Origin: Candidatus Hermodarchaeum yapensis
Lineage (GTDB): Archaea; Asgardarchaeota; Hermodarchaeia; Hermodarchaeales; Hermodarchaeaceae
Length of the DNA stretch: 27,244 nt
NCBI GenBank assembly: GCA_016840405.1
Contig: JAEOSK010000036.1
Location: 1-27,244 of the forward strand
Direction: 5' to 3'
Below, piece after piece: positions 1 to 9,109 of this stretch. The notes under the pieces were generated by a model that had not been told where the DNA came from, did not search any database, and was given only the letters and a program-made list of their open reading frames with translations. The first letter of the stretch is position 1. Each line of letters opens with the position of its first letter. A program made the position numbers and the translations under genes.

Positions 1-485
1 CGTCCACAGAAAATGCTCGCCACGGCATTGAAATGTTGTACTGGGGAGGCAAAGCTGCGGATCGCTATAACGTTCGCCCCATAACTCCTGACCTAATACG
101 ACGAGCCAAACAAGAAGTCTATTCGGAATTACGATCTGATGTGCTATACGGGCTCCGTGACCAAGAGATACTGGTACTTGCAGCAGTTTCACGGCAACTC
201 AAATTAGAGAAAGCCAGCTCTACCACCATTGCTAAAGTCTATGATGGCTATCAACTAATTTGCGAAGAATATGGCGCCACAAAACAAGCACTACCAACCT
301 TTAGAAAAACCATGGATGCACTGGTAGACCTTGGCATTATTGGAAAAGTAGTGGAGAGCATTGGGGAAGGACAACGCGGTCGTCGAGCACGATTAACTCT
401 CATGGACATTCCTGTCGAAGTATTCGATGAACGAGTCGGAGAAATTCTTCAACGACGGCAATCAACAGATAATGGCTCTTATTAA
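1..485 (+). CDS. cdc6: Cdc6/Orc1 replication initiator, C-terminal part (winged-helix domain); 5' truncated by the window
   Basis: The frame is open from the window start (STENARHGIEMLYWGGKAAD, resembling the 'G.AR.AI..L..A...A' sensor-2 region). It continues into a wHTH (VYDGYQLICEEYG...LVDLGII...GQRGR) and lies directly upstream of GINS-MCM. Confidence 0.85.
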   Translation, partial: STENARHGIEMLYWGGKAADRYNVRPITPDLIRRAKQEVYSELRSDVLYGLRDQEILVLAAVSRQLKLEKASSTTIAKVYDGYQLICEEYGATKQALPTFRKTMDALVDLGIIGKVVESIGEGQRGRRARLTLMDIPVEVFDERVGEILQRRQSTDNGSY

Positions 486-511
486 AAAACGATAAAATTC
501 GTGAGATAAAA

Positions 512-1069
512 ATGGCAACCCCTGGCATGAATGATACAATTAGTTTCCAATATGAAAACACAATGGTAACCATTACCGCATTAAAACCTCTTGACGAATT
601 TAAGACACAAGACGCCACTTATGGACCAGTCGAAAAAGGTCGTGAAATATTAGTGCCACGCTGGGTAGCCAACGTGCTCATTTCTTCCAACCTAGCTCAA
701 CTGAAAGATCCAGGCATTAAAGTCGCTGATTTACAAAAGGCGCTATGGCAAGAAACAGGGGAACCCGTTCTCCAATCATTGGACCACGACTTTTACTACC
801 AAGTTCGAAATAGTATCGAACACCTTGCATATCAAAATAAAACGTCACCAAATGATGTTCGATTAGCAGCTCAGACAAAAATGGAGAACCTGCTACGCGA
901 CCTGTTAGACAGCAGACTTTTAAAAATAATGAAATTATCCCTACGCGAGGAGCGATTACGCGAAACAAAAAAGAAAATGACTGAAGAAGAACGCTGGCTC
1001 TTCGACCGATTAGTAAAATTACTACGAAAATGGCAAACAGAAGTATTGGAGATTGAGACCGGTGACTGA
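512..1069 (+). CDS. gins23: GINS complex subunit, Gins23 (Psf2/Psf3-like, B-A domain order)
   Basis: N-terminal beta domain (GPVEKGREILVPRWVANVL), then a helical domain (LDHDFYY...RLLKIMK...MTEEERWLF). Its stop overlaps the mcm start region, matching the typical gins23-mcm operon. Confidence 0.85.
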   Translation: MATPGMNDTISFQYENTMVTITALKPLDEFKTQDATYGPVEKGREILVPRWVANVLISSNLAQLKDPGIKVADLQKALWQETGEPVLQSLDHDFYYQVRNSIEHLAYQNKTSPNDVRLAAQTKMENLLRDLLDSRLLKIMKLSLREERLRETKKKMTEEERWLFDRLVKLLRKWQTEVLEIETGD

Positions 1070-3128
1070 AGAAATTGATTTTATCGCACGGTTCGAAGAG
1101 TTCCTCAAGTCATATAAAACCGAAGAGGGCGACACACCCTACCATGATGCCATAGGACGCTTGAGCCTTGAAAACCTCATCTCAGTGCCCATTGATTTCA
1201 ACCATTTACTTACTTTTGATCCAGATCTTGCTGAGACCACAAAAGAAGATCCTAAAAGAGCCATAGACGGAGCATCTGCTGCGATTCGCCGCATTCTACG
1301 AATCGTTGATCCTGATTATTCGGAAACGGTTGAGAACCTGCATGCACGATTTAAAGAAGTACCCGACCGTGTTTCAGTTCGGTTTATTCGATCAGAACAT
1401 ATCGGACAACTCATTATGGTTGATGCTTTGGTGACACGAGTAAGCGATGTTAAGCCACTTCTTGTTGAGGGTGTATTCCAATGTCGACAATGCCAAGAAA
1501 TTATCTATGTACCCCAAGGCAACCAATTCATAGCTCCATCCCTATGTACAAATGATGCTTGCCGAAGTAAAGGCCCTTTTGAACTCATTCCTGAACGATC
1601 GAAGTTTGTTGATTGGCAAAAAATCCGGCTCCAAGAAAAACCCGAAGAGCTTCCTCCCGGTGCACTTCCTCGCGCCCTCGATTGCATCCTCCAAGAAGAT
1701 TTAGTGGATATTGCCCGCCCGGGTGATCCTTGTCGAGTTGTGGGCATTTTACGTTCAACCCAAGATGTAACCGCTCGGTCTCGACGAAAAGCCCCAACCT
1801 TTAGCGTATTTCTCGCAACCAACTACGTCGCAGTGTCAGAACGTGAAGCAGACCGTGTTGAAATTGAACCCAAAGAAGAAGAAGAAATCAGAGAATTAGC
1901 ACAAGACCCCTTAATTCACCGCAAACTAGTCAACTCAATAGCCCCCTCAATCTACGGATTAACCGACATCAAAGAAGCCGTCTGCCTACTACTTTTCGGT
2001 GGCGTCACCAAAACTCTTGATGACGGAATGAAAATAAGAGGCGACTCCAACATTCTCCTCGTAGGGGACCCCGGAACAGCCAAATCACAGCTCCTTAAGT
2101 ATGTGGCACAAATTGCACCACGTGGTCTGTATACATCAGGCAAGGGCTCTACAGCTGCAGGACTAACTGCTGCAGTTCTCCGTGATCCAGACACTGAAGG
2201 GTTTGCCCTTGAAGCCGGAGCCCTCGTTCTTGCTGACCGCGGAACGGCTTGTATTGATGAGTTTGACAAAATGCGACCACAAGATCGGACTGCTATCCAT
2301 GAGACAATGGAACAACATACAGTGTCTATTGCTAAAGCAGGTATCGTGGCGACCTTGAATGCTCGAACTGCAATATTGGCTGCGGCAAATCCGAACTTAG
2401 GTCGTTATGTGCCAGAGCGTTCTTTTTCTGAAAATATCAATTTGCCTGTCACGCTGGTGTCTCGTTTTGATCTAATATTCGTCTTAACAGATTTACCCGA
2501 AACTGAACGTGATGAACGAACCGCCGACCACATTATTCAACTTCACCAGCAAAAAGGGATAGCTAAAGATCCCCCAATTCGTGCTGATTTGCTTCGGAAA
2601 TACATTGCGTATGCTCGTAGGAGTATAACGCCGACACTTACGGATGAGGCGCTTAGTGTGATGAAGGAATTCTATCTCGGTATGCGAAAATCGGGTGAAC
2701 GTGAGAATGCGCCTGTACCAATTACTGCTCGTCAATTAGAATCACTCATCCGATTAGCAGAAGCCCATGCAAAGATGGCATTACGGGACAAAGTCCTCGC
2801 AGAAGATGCGCAAGCCGCAGTTAGACTTGTCCAAGTTACTCTCCAACAAGTCGGTTTTGATCAAGAAACAGGACAATATGATATTGACAACATCATGATC
2901 GGACGAGCCAAATCCCAGCGCGACAGACTCCAAACCATCCTAGCAATGATACGCGAACTTGAAAAAGAAACCCCCGATGGAGTTCCAATAGACAAATTAA
3001 TTGAACGTGCTCAACTTGATGGCATCTCAGAAGATTTTGTCAGGCAAGCAATCTTTCAACTGAGAGATAAAGATGGTTTAATTTTCGAACCCCGACCTAA
3101 CAAACTCAAGTACATCAAGGGCGCCTAG
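1062..3128 (+). CDS. mcm: Replicative helicase MCM (no intein)
   Basis: C4 zinc finger CRQC..CTNDAC, Walker A GDPGTAKS, KGSTAAGLTAAV, IDEFDKM, SRFDL arginine finger and C-terminal wH. Start is probably GTG 1062 overlapping the GINS stop; the ORF track uses TTG 1053. Confidence 0.97.
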   Translation: MTEEIDFIARFEEFLKSYKTEEGDTPYHDAIGRLSLENLISVPIDFNHLLTFDPDLAETTKEDPKRAIDGASAAIRRILRIVDPDYSETVENLHARFKEVPDRVSVRFIRSEHIGQLIMVDALVTRVSDVKPLLVEGVFQCRQCQEIIYVPQGNQFIAPSLCTNDACRSKGPFELIPERSKFVDWQKIRLQEKPEELPPGALPRALDCILQEDLVDIARPGDPCRVVGILRSTQDVTARSRRKAPTFSVFLATNYVAVSEREADRVEIEPKEEEEIRELAQDPLIHRKLVNSIAPSIYGLTDIKEAVCLLLFGGVTKTLDDGMKIRGDSNILLVGDPGTAKSQLLKYVAQIAPRGLYTSGKGSTAAGLTAAVLRDPDTEGFALEAGALVLADRGTACIDEFDKMRPQDRTAIHETMEQHTVSIAKAGIVATLNARTAILAAANPNLGRYVPERSFSENINLPVTLVSRFDLIFVLTDLPETERDERTADHIIQLHQQKGIAKDPPIRADLLRKYIAYARRSITPTLTDEALSVMKEFYLGMRKSGERENAPVPITARQLESLIRLAEAHAKMALRDKVLAEDAQAAVRLVQVTLQQVGFDQETGQYDIDNIMIGRAKSQRDRLQTILAMIRELEKETPDGVPIDKLIERAQLDGISEDFVRQAIFQLRDKDGLIFEPRPNKLKYIKGA

Positions 3129-3148
3129 CCAATAGGTGGGAACGTGCG

Positions 3149-6100
3149 ATAAAACGTATTGCCAATTTACCTTTAGAAAAACGAGTTAAGGATTATTTCT
3201 TGGAAAAGGGTATTACGACACTTTATCCCCCCCAACAAAAAGCGATAAAAACTGGAATACTTGACGGCAAAAATGTGGTCTTAGCAATACCAACTGCGTC
3301 GGGAAAGACGCTCATTGCTGAAATATGTATGTTGAAATCAATTCTGGAACAAGGAGGCACAGCCCTTTACCTATGCCCCCTCCGCGCGCTAGCCTCAGAG
3401 AAATTCGAAGAATTCCGCTCATATTCGAAGCTTGGTGTGAATGTTGGAATCACAACCGGGGACTATGATACAGCCGAGGAAAAGTATGGAACCTATGACA
3501 TTCTGATCTGTACTAACGAACGTGCTGATTCACTGCTACGTCACAGGGCAAAATGGATGACAAAAATTGCCATCGTTATAGCTGATGAAGTTCACCTCAT
3601 CAATGATCCTGGACGTGGACCCACACTCGAAGTGGTTCTTGCCCGATTACGTCAAATCGCACCAAATGCCCAAATTCTTGCACTAAGTGCAACAGTCGAT
3701 AATGCCAAAGAACTTGCTGAATGGCTTGAAGGGACAGCAGTCATTAGTGACTGGCGACCCGTATCCCTTCGAGAAGGAGTCTATCATGAGGGTAAAGTCT
3801 TCTTTGGTGACGGCGAAGAGGATAGGTTTGCTCCTGCCACCGCTTTTCCTATAGGAGATATAGCCCGTAGTGTACTTCGAAAAAAAGGACAACTCTTGGC
3901 TTTTCTCAACACGCGACGCTCCGCGGTTCGAACCGCTCAAAAACTCGGATCAATTGTTGCCCCACGACTCAAAAAAAGTGAACAAAAACAGTTGGGGAAT
4001 ATTGCAGAGAAATTGCTACAACTTGGCGAAGTCACACAAGTAACAGATACCCTCGCCCGTTTGATTAGAGCCGGCGTTGCCTTTCATCATGCCGGTCTAC
4101 GATATTCTGAACGCAAACTAATCGAAGAAGCATTCAAGAACACTCTCATCAAAGTAATCTGTGCCACACCAACCCTGTGTTTAGGTCCCAACACTAAGAT
4201 TTGGCATGAACTTGATGAAACTAAGGTAACAGCGTTCAATCAAACAGATCAAATCTACGTCCTATCAAAAAATCGACTTATTCCAGGAAAAGCGACTGAA
4301 ATTGTTAGTTTGGAAAATTCGGATCCACTAATTGAGTTCTCATCTGTTTCAGGATATAATATCCAAGTTACTCCAAGTCATCGAATGTTAGTAAAAAGAA
4401 ATAACAAGCGAGTAATCATTCCAGCAAATGAGATTGAGAAAGCCGATAAACTTGCTACAGCTAGAAGGGTGACCATTCAAAAACCTAAAACATGCTATGT
4501 CAGAGATTTTGTAGTTGATAATAAAACCAACAAACAGGATTGCAAAATTGATCTGAACCTTTCACTTTTTTTGGGATTAATGTTAGGCGATGGGTATTCA
4601 GGAGCTGAATTCAATAAGGGTGTAATCAGGTATAATGGCTCACCTTCAATCGTCGGAGAAGATGATGAAGTGATTGATCATGTTGAGCAAACCTGTGCTA
4701 ACCTATCGGTATCAACTAGACGAAGAAATTATACATATGGAATTCCGGAGCTAGTTTTAGGGAAGAATAAGTGGTTTAGGGAATTTTTAGTTCGTTGTGG
4801 AGTTGAAAAAAGAAATAGAAAATTCATCCATCAGAAACTAATGAAAATGGACGACTCATCGGTTGCCTCTCTATTGCGGGGTCTATTTGATACTGATGGG
4901 TATGTCACAAAGGGAAAGGAAATTGGCTTTACCAATACCTCAATGAAATTGATTAAACAAGCAAAGACGCTACTCTTACGTTTTGGAATTGTATCTCGGC
5001 TTAGATCACGAAGAAAGGGGAAAATGGAACACGCAGGAAAGGAATATGATACGAGTCCGTATTTTGAGTTACTAATTGGCCAGAATCAGTCTATATTAGA
5101 TTTTAACAAACACATAGGTTTTGGAATCAAAAGGAAAGCTACTGATTTACAAAATTTAGTTTCTAAGCTTCAAGAAAACATCTTGTTCGTTAGTTGTCCC
5201 AAATGCGATTATCGGATTTTCAAATCACTATTTTTGGGGCGCTCAAAGAGTCAGAAAGAATGGGGAAAGAAAAAGTATGCGATAATTAAGCTTCTCGGTG
5301 AAAAAGAGGAGTTAGGTTCAAATGAAATTAAGAATATACTAGGCTTTAACCCACGGAAGAAAGAAACTAGGCTAAATCATCATTATGAGTTAATTTCAAA
5401 GCGGAAGATTGGGAAACGAAGCAAAACGGAATGGTTTTGGAGTCTCAATGAAATTGGAAAATGGATTTTTGCACACTATCTGATAACTCATCAAGATTTT
5501 TTAAATTTCTTTAATGAGAGTCATTGTCCCTTATGCCTGACTGAATTTGAAAAATCGCTGAGAGGTACTTGGCGGTCACGTGACTTGGATAACGACATTT
5601 TCTGGGATAAGATTCGAGAGATAAAAACGGTCAACACTGCTTCAACGGTGTTTGATATCGTTTTACCGCCATCGGAAAACCATGATCATATGTTTGTAGC
5701 TGACGGATTCATTGTTCATAATTCGGCAGGGGTGAATCTTCCTGCAAGGGTTGTTGTCATACGGGAATATCGACGTTTTGACAGGGTAGAAGGCTACCAG
5801 CCCATTCCAGTACTTGAATACAAACAAATGGCTGGTCGAGCTGGTCGACCAAAATATGATACTACAGGAACAGCAATCCTCATCTCACGCAATGAAAGCG
5901 AACGAGATTTCCTATTAGACTACTACATTCTGGGTTCACCTGAAAGTATAATATCAAAACTTGCGAGCGAATCAGCTCTGCGGAGCCATGTACTCTCAAC
6001 AATCGCCATGAATTACGCTTCTGACAAGGAGGGTATCATGAACTTCATTCGCCAAACTTTCTTTGGTCACCAACGAGATCCAGATGAAGTCGAATATATG

Positions 6101-6922
6101 ATTGATTTGATTGTGAAATTTCTCAAAGATGAGGATCTCTTAGTACAGTCTGGTTCGCGATTACGTGCTACAAAATTCGGTCGACGCACCTCTCAACTTT
6201 ATATTGACCCCAAGTCCGCTGTCATAATACGCGATGGTCTTACTAAAGCATCCAAACAAATAGACCAAACAACAGATGTTTCCTTCCTCCATCTGATTAG
6301 CCATACACCAGATATGGCTAACCTCTACCTTCGACGCGGAGAAGATGAACGCTTCCATGACTATGTAATCGAACATATCGATGAGTTCTTAGTGACTGTT
6401 CCAGACCCGCGGTATCACCGAGATCGTTATGAGTTCTTTCTAGCTGAAGTTAAAACAGCCCTTCTTGCAAAAGCTTGGGTCGAAGAACTCCCTGAGGACC
6501 AGCTCATTAACCAATTCAAGATAGGATCAGGTGATCTCCTTCGGCTTGTGGACACACAGGCTTGGCTTCTCTATGCCTGCAAGGAGATTGCTCCACTTTT
6601 TGACTGTCAGAAGGTTATTCCGGAATTAGAGGAGTTAGAACTTCGAGTCCGATATGGTGTAAAACGAGAACTAGCAGAACTGGTTGAGCTCCAAGGAATT
6701 GGGCGTGTACGTGCGCGATTTCTCTTTCGTGCTGGGTTCGTGTCGAAGAACCGTATTCGAGATGCGCCTATTACTCAACTTGCGGCTGTTCCTACAATTG
6801 GTCCTCAAATTGCTCAATCAATTAAACAACAATGTGGTGGGGTTATCGACCCCGAAGAAGAACAAGCGTTAAAGGCAACACGGCGTCAAACTACCCGGCA
6901 AACACAACTGACACTTGACTAG
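3149..6922 (+). CDS. hel308: Ski2-like DEAH helicase Hel308/Hjm, intein-containing precursor
   Basis: LYPPQ Q-motif, PTASGKT, DEVH, LSAT, FHHAGL, ATPTL/SAGVNLPA, QMAGRAGRP and C-terminal HhH (GIGRVRAR). Family-like N-terminal sequence extends upstream of TTG 3200 to ATA 3149. Confidence 0.95.
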   Translation: MKRIANLPLEKRVKDYFLEKGITTLYPPQQKAIKTGILDGKNVVLAIPTASGKTLIAEICMLKSILEQGGTALYLCPLRALASEKFEEFRSYSKLGVNVGITTGDYDTAEEKYGTYDILICTNERADSLLRHRAKWMTKIAIVIADEVHLINDPGRGPTLEVVLARLRQIAPNAQILALSATVDNAKELAEWLEGTAVISDWRPVSLREGVYHEGKVFFGDGEEDRFAPATAFPIGDIARSVLRKKGQLLAFLNTRRSAVRTAQKLGSIVAPRLKKSEQKQLGNIAEKLLQLGEVTQVTDTLARLIRAGVAFHHAGLRYSERKLIEEAFKNTLIKVICATPTLCLGPNTKIWHELDETKVTAFNQTDQIYVLSKNRLIPGKATEIVSLENSDPLIEFSSVSGYNIQVTPSHRMLVKRNNKRVIIPANEIEKADKLATARRVTIQKPKTCYVRDFVVDNKTNKQDCKIDLNLSLFLGLMLGDGYSGAEFNKGVIRYNGSPSIVGEDDEVIDHVEQTCANLSVSTRRRNYTYGIPELVLGKNKWFREFLVRCGVEKRNRKFIHQKLMKMDDSSVASLLRGLFDTDGYVTKGKEIGFTNTSMKLIKQAKTLLLRFGIVSRLRSRRKGKMEHAGKEYDTSPYFELLIGQNQSILDFNKHIGFGIKRKATDLQNLVSKLQENILFVSCPKCDYRIFKSLFLGRSKSQKEWGKKKYAIIKLLGEKEELGSNEIKNILGFNPRKKETRLNHHYELISKRKIGKRSKTEWFWSLNEIGKWIFAHYLITHQDFLNFFNESHCPLCLTEFEKSLRGTWRSRDLDNDIFWDKIREIKTVNTASTVFDIVLPPSENHDHMFVADGFIVHNSAGVNLPARVVVIREYRRFDRVEGYQPIPVLEYKQMAGRAGRPKYDTTGTAILISRNESERDFLLDYYILGSPESIISKLASESALRSHVLSTIAMNYASDKEGIMNFIRQTFFGHQRDPDEVEYMIDLIVKFLKDEDLLVQSGSRLRATKFGRRTSQLYIDPKSAVIIRDGLTKASKQIDQTTDVSFLHLISHTPDMANLYLRRGEDERFHDYVIEHIDEFLVTVPDPRYHRDRYEFFLAEVKTALLAKAWVEELPEDQLINQFKIGSGDLLRLVDTQAWLLYACKEIAPLFDCQKVIPELEELELRVRYGVKRELAELVELQGIGRVRARFLFRAGFVSKNRIRDAPITQLAAVPTIGPQIAQSIKQQCGGVIDPEEEQALKATRRQTTRQTQLTLD
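4178..5722 (+). mobile_element. Intein (515 aa) with dual LAGLIDADG homing endonuclease, inserted in helicase motif V of Hel308
   Basis: Begins with Cys (ATPTL|CLGPNT) and ends FVADGFIVHN|S. Block B is VTPSHRM. LAGLIDADG motifs are LGLMLGDGY and LRGLFDTDGY. Removal restores ATPTLSAGVNLPAR. The segment is visibly more AT-rich than the exteins. Confidence 0.96.
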
Positions 6923-6949
6923 CACGCTTCAAATAATGGGGTTTCAGTC

Positions 6950-8014
6950 ATGCCTACTGGGCTATTTTATCATCCTGACTGTTTAAAACATGACATGGGG
7001 TTTGGGCACCCCGAACGACCTGAGCGCCTCACTGCAGTTATGGAATATCTAAATGAACGCAAAGTCTTCGATAATTCTAATATTACACTGGAAACACCAT
7101 CTGCAATTACAATTCCCGAATTGGAAAGAGTCCATCCTAAAGAGTACATTGACCTGGTTCACACTGCTTCGGATCGAGAAAGTCGATTTGATTCTGATAC
7201 GCGTGCATCAAAGGGCTCATGGAATGCCGCACTTCTAGCGGCTGGTTCTGGAATTAAAGCCTGGCAAGATATCAAAGCAAGAAATCTTGATAATGCTTTT
7301 GCTTTAGTCCGTCCTCCTGGGCATCATGCCAATGCGGAGATGGCCCGTGGGTTTTGTCTTTTCAATAATATCTCGCTACTTGCCCGGCATATTACTGCAA
7401 CCATTTCTGACAGCAAGGTCCTAATCCTAGACATTGATGCCCATCATGGTAATGGAACTCAAGAAATCCACTACACCGAATCACGTATCCTCTATCTAGG
7501 CTTTCATCAAGACGGACGAACATTATATCCTGGTTATTCCGGTTATATCGAAGAAGTTGGAGAAGGTCCGGGTAAAGGTTATAACATCAACCTCCCCCTC
7601 CCTCCCGGAACAACTGATTCTTCTTTTCTTCAAGGACTCAACGTTCTCCTTCCTCAAATAGCTGAACAATTCAAACCGACGGCCATTCTAGTTTCTGCTG
7701 GCTATGATGCACATTTCCGCGATTATCTCACAGGACTTCAGTTCAGCGCCACAGCCTTTCTCAAAGCTTCAAAACTTATCGTCGAAGTAGCTCAAAAGCA
7801 CTGTAAAGGACAAGTTGTCATGTTTCTCGAAGGCGGTTACGACCTACAAGCCTTGGCAGAATCAGTCTATAACACACTGGTAGGTTTGAGTGGAAAGGGT
7901 AAGCCCGTTGATGAAAACCCACCCGATGAGGATCCACGTATCGGGAAATATCTGGGCAAGTTATTATCAGAAATGAAGAAGGATCTCAAACCTTGGTGGA
8001 AGATCAGTCTCTAA
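6950..8014 (+). CDS. Zn-dependent histone deacetylase / acetylpolyamine amidohydrolase family protein
   Basis: HPERPERL, RPPGHHA, GFCLFNN, DIDAHHGNGTQ, VSAGYDAH and LEGGY motifs. Confidence 0.95.
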   Translation: MPTGLFYHPDCLKHDMGFGHPERPERLTAVMEYLNERKVFDNSNITLETPSAITIPELERVHPKEYIDLVHTASDRESRFDSDTRASKGSWNAALLAAGSGIKAWQDIKARNLDNAFALVRPPGHHANAEMARGFCLFNNISLLARHITATISDSKVLILDIDAHHGNGTQEIHYTESRILYLGFHQDGRTLYPGYSGYIEEVGEGPGKGYNINLPLPPGTTDSSFLQGLNVLLPQIAEQFKPTAILVSAGYDAHFRDYLTGLQFSATAFLKASKLIVEVAQKHCKGQVVMFLEGGYDLQALAESVYNTLVGLSGKGKPVDENPPDEDPRIGKYLGKLLSEMKKDLKPWWKISL

Positions 8015-8030
8015 TCTACGAATAGAAAAG

Positions 8031-8166
8031 TGGTGGGCCGGCCGCGATTTGAACGCGGGATCACCTGATAGGGGGATTACTTCAATTCAAGTAAACCGCG
8101 CCCCAGGCAGGCATCATACCATTCTAGCCTGTGGTAGTCACCAGTTGGGATCTAGACCACCGGCCC
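8031..8166 (-). tRNA. tRNA-Pro(GGG) with two non-canonical introns (D-loop after nt 17: 8122-8149, 28 nt; position 39/40: 8068-8098, 31 nt); CCA encoded
   Basis: Minus strand: acceptor GGGCCGG/CCGGCCC-ACCA and T arm CCGCG-TTCAAAT-CGCGG. After removing both introns at their BHB/BHL cut sites, a 77-nt cloverleaf forms with anticodon arm CCTGC-CT GGG GC-GCAGG. Confidence 0.93.
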
Positions 8167-8191
8167 ACGGGCTGGTCTCCTAACTCCCACT

Positions 8192-8210
8192 TCCTTTTAA
8201 CTTATTTGCC
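8192..8210 (-). promoter_or_regulatory. Probable BRE/TATA promoter of tRNA-Pro
   Basis: Minus strand reads GGCAAATAAGTTAAAAGG, with TTAAAA about 30 nt upstream of the mature 5' end. Confidence 0.45.
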
Positions 8211-9100
8211 GAGAAGTTCTCTTCTTTCAAGACGGGGTGAATCGCCTAGATAGTTATCGGCACCCCTCCCTTAGACTGAAAAAACACCGATGACCTTCGA
8301 AGTCTTAGCATGACCCCGATGCTGCTGACACGAAAAATACGAATAGCCCTAACGGAGGCACAAGCCCAGGTCTTATGGGCGTTATCCGAAAAATGTCGGC
8401 TCCTCTATAACTTCGCTTTAACTGAACGACGCCACCAGTGGGAAACGAATCGCACGAAGCCACCGACGACACGTACTCACATCACGTATGTGCAGCAATA
8501 AAACGCCCTACCCGCCCTTAAGATGAAATATCCCGAATACACCTGGGTCTATTCAAAGGTTTTGCAAATGGTGTTACGACGTCTCGATGCTGATTACAAG
8601 TCCTTCTTTGCCCGCTGGCGTCGCGGCGACCTACAGGCCCGACCTCCCCGCTTCAAAGGTAAGCACTACTTTACCACCCTGTGTTATAATCAATCCGGAT
8701 TCAACTTGGACGTTGAAAACCAGCGGATTCGCTTCGCCCACCGTCACCCCTCGGGAGTTGAGCTGGAGTTTGAGTTGCCTTGGTTACTGCCTCTCAACGG
8801 GCGGGTCAAACAAGTAGAACTCTTTCCGGACCGGCGACGTCGATGGTTTGTCGCCATCATCTTCGAGGTAACGGTTCCCACGTATGTGGACAATGGTCGG
8901 TATCAGGCGATTGATTTGGGGGTAATTATTTTGGTCTCGGCGGTGAACCTGATGGTGCGGTTCCTATTGCAGCAACCCCCTGTGAACGAGGAGCCATTAC
9001 AAGATTTCTTGCGTGGCTTGCATCGACATACAGCCCTACCCCAAATTCCTCGGGGGGTGGACTCGATGAAAGCCCCTGCATGAATACAGGGGTAGTTCAC
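8201..9100 (+). mobile_element. Decayed non-autonomous IS200/IS605-family (IS1341-like) element; left end approximate
   Basis: Contains a tnpB remnant and is more GC-rich than its flanks. The right end has subterminal hairpin GCCCCTG..CAGGGGT (9072-9093) followed by AGTTCAC. A degenerate left-end hairpin lies near 8213-8240. No tnpA is present. Confidence 0.8.
8310..9083 (+). pseudogene. tnpB: tnpB pseudogene (in-frame TAA at 8499-8501 and a large internal deletion after RuvC-I)
   Basis: HTH N-terminus (KCRLLYNFAL), YSKVLQ, PPRFKG and RuvC-I AIDLG. The two ORFs are in the same frame, separated by one TAA. RuvC-II, the zinc finger and the RuvC-III DRD are absent. Confidence 0.9.
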
Positions 9101-9109
9101 TTCCTTTTC

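Noticed and set aside
3200-6922. Novel helicase-nuclease fusion
   Set aside because: The insert has canonical intein termini, and its excision restores motif V.
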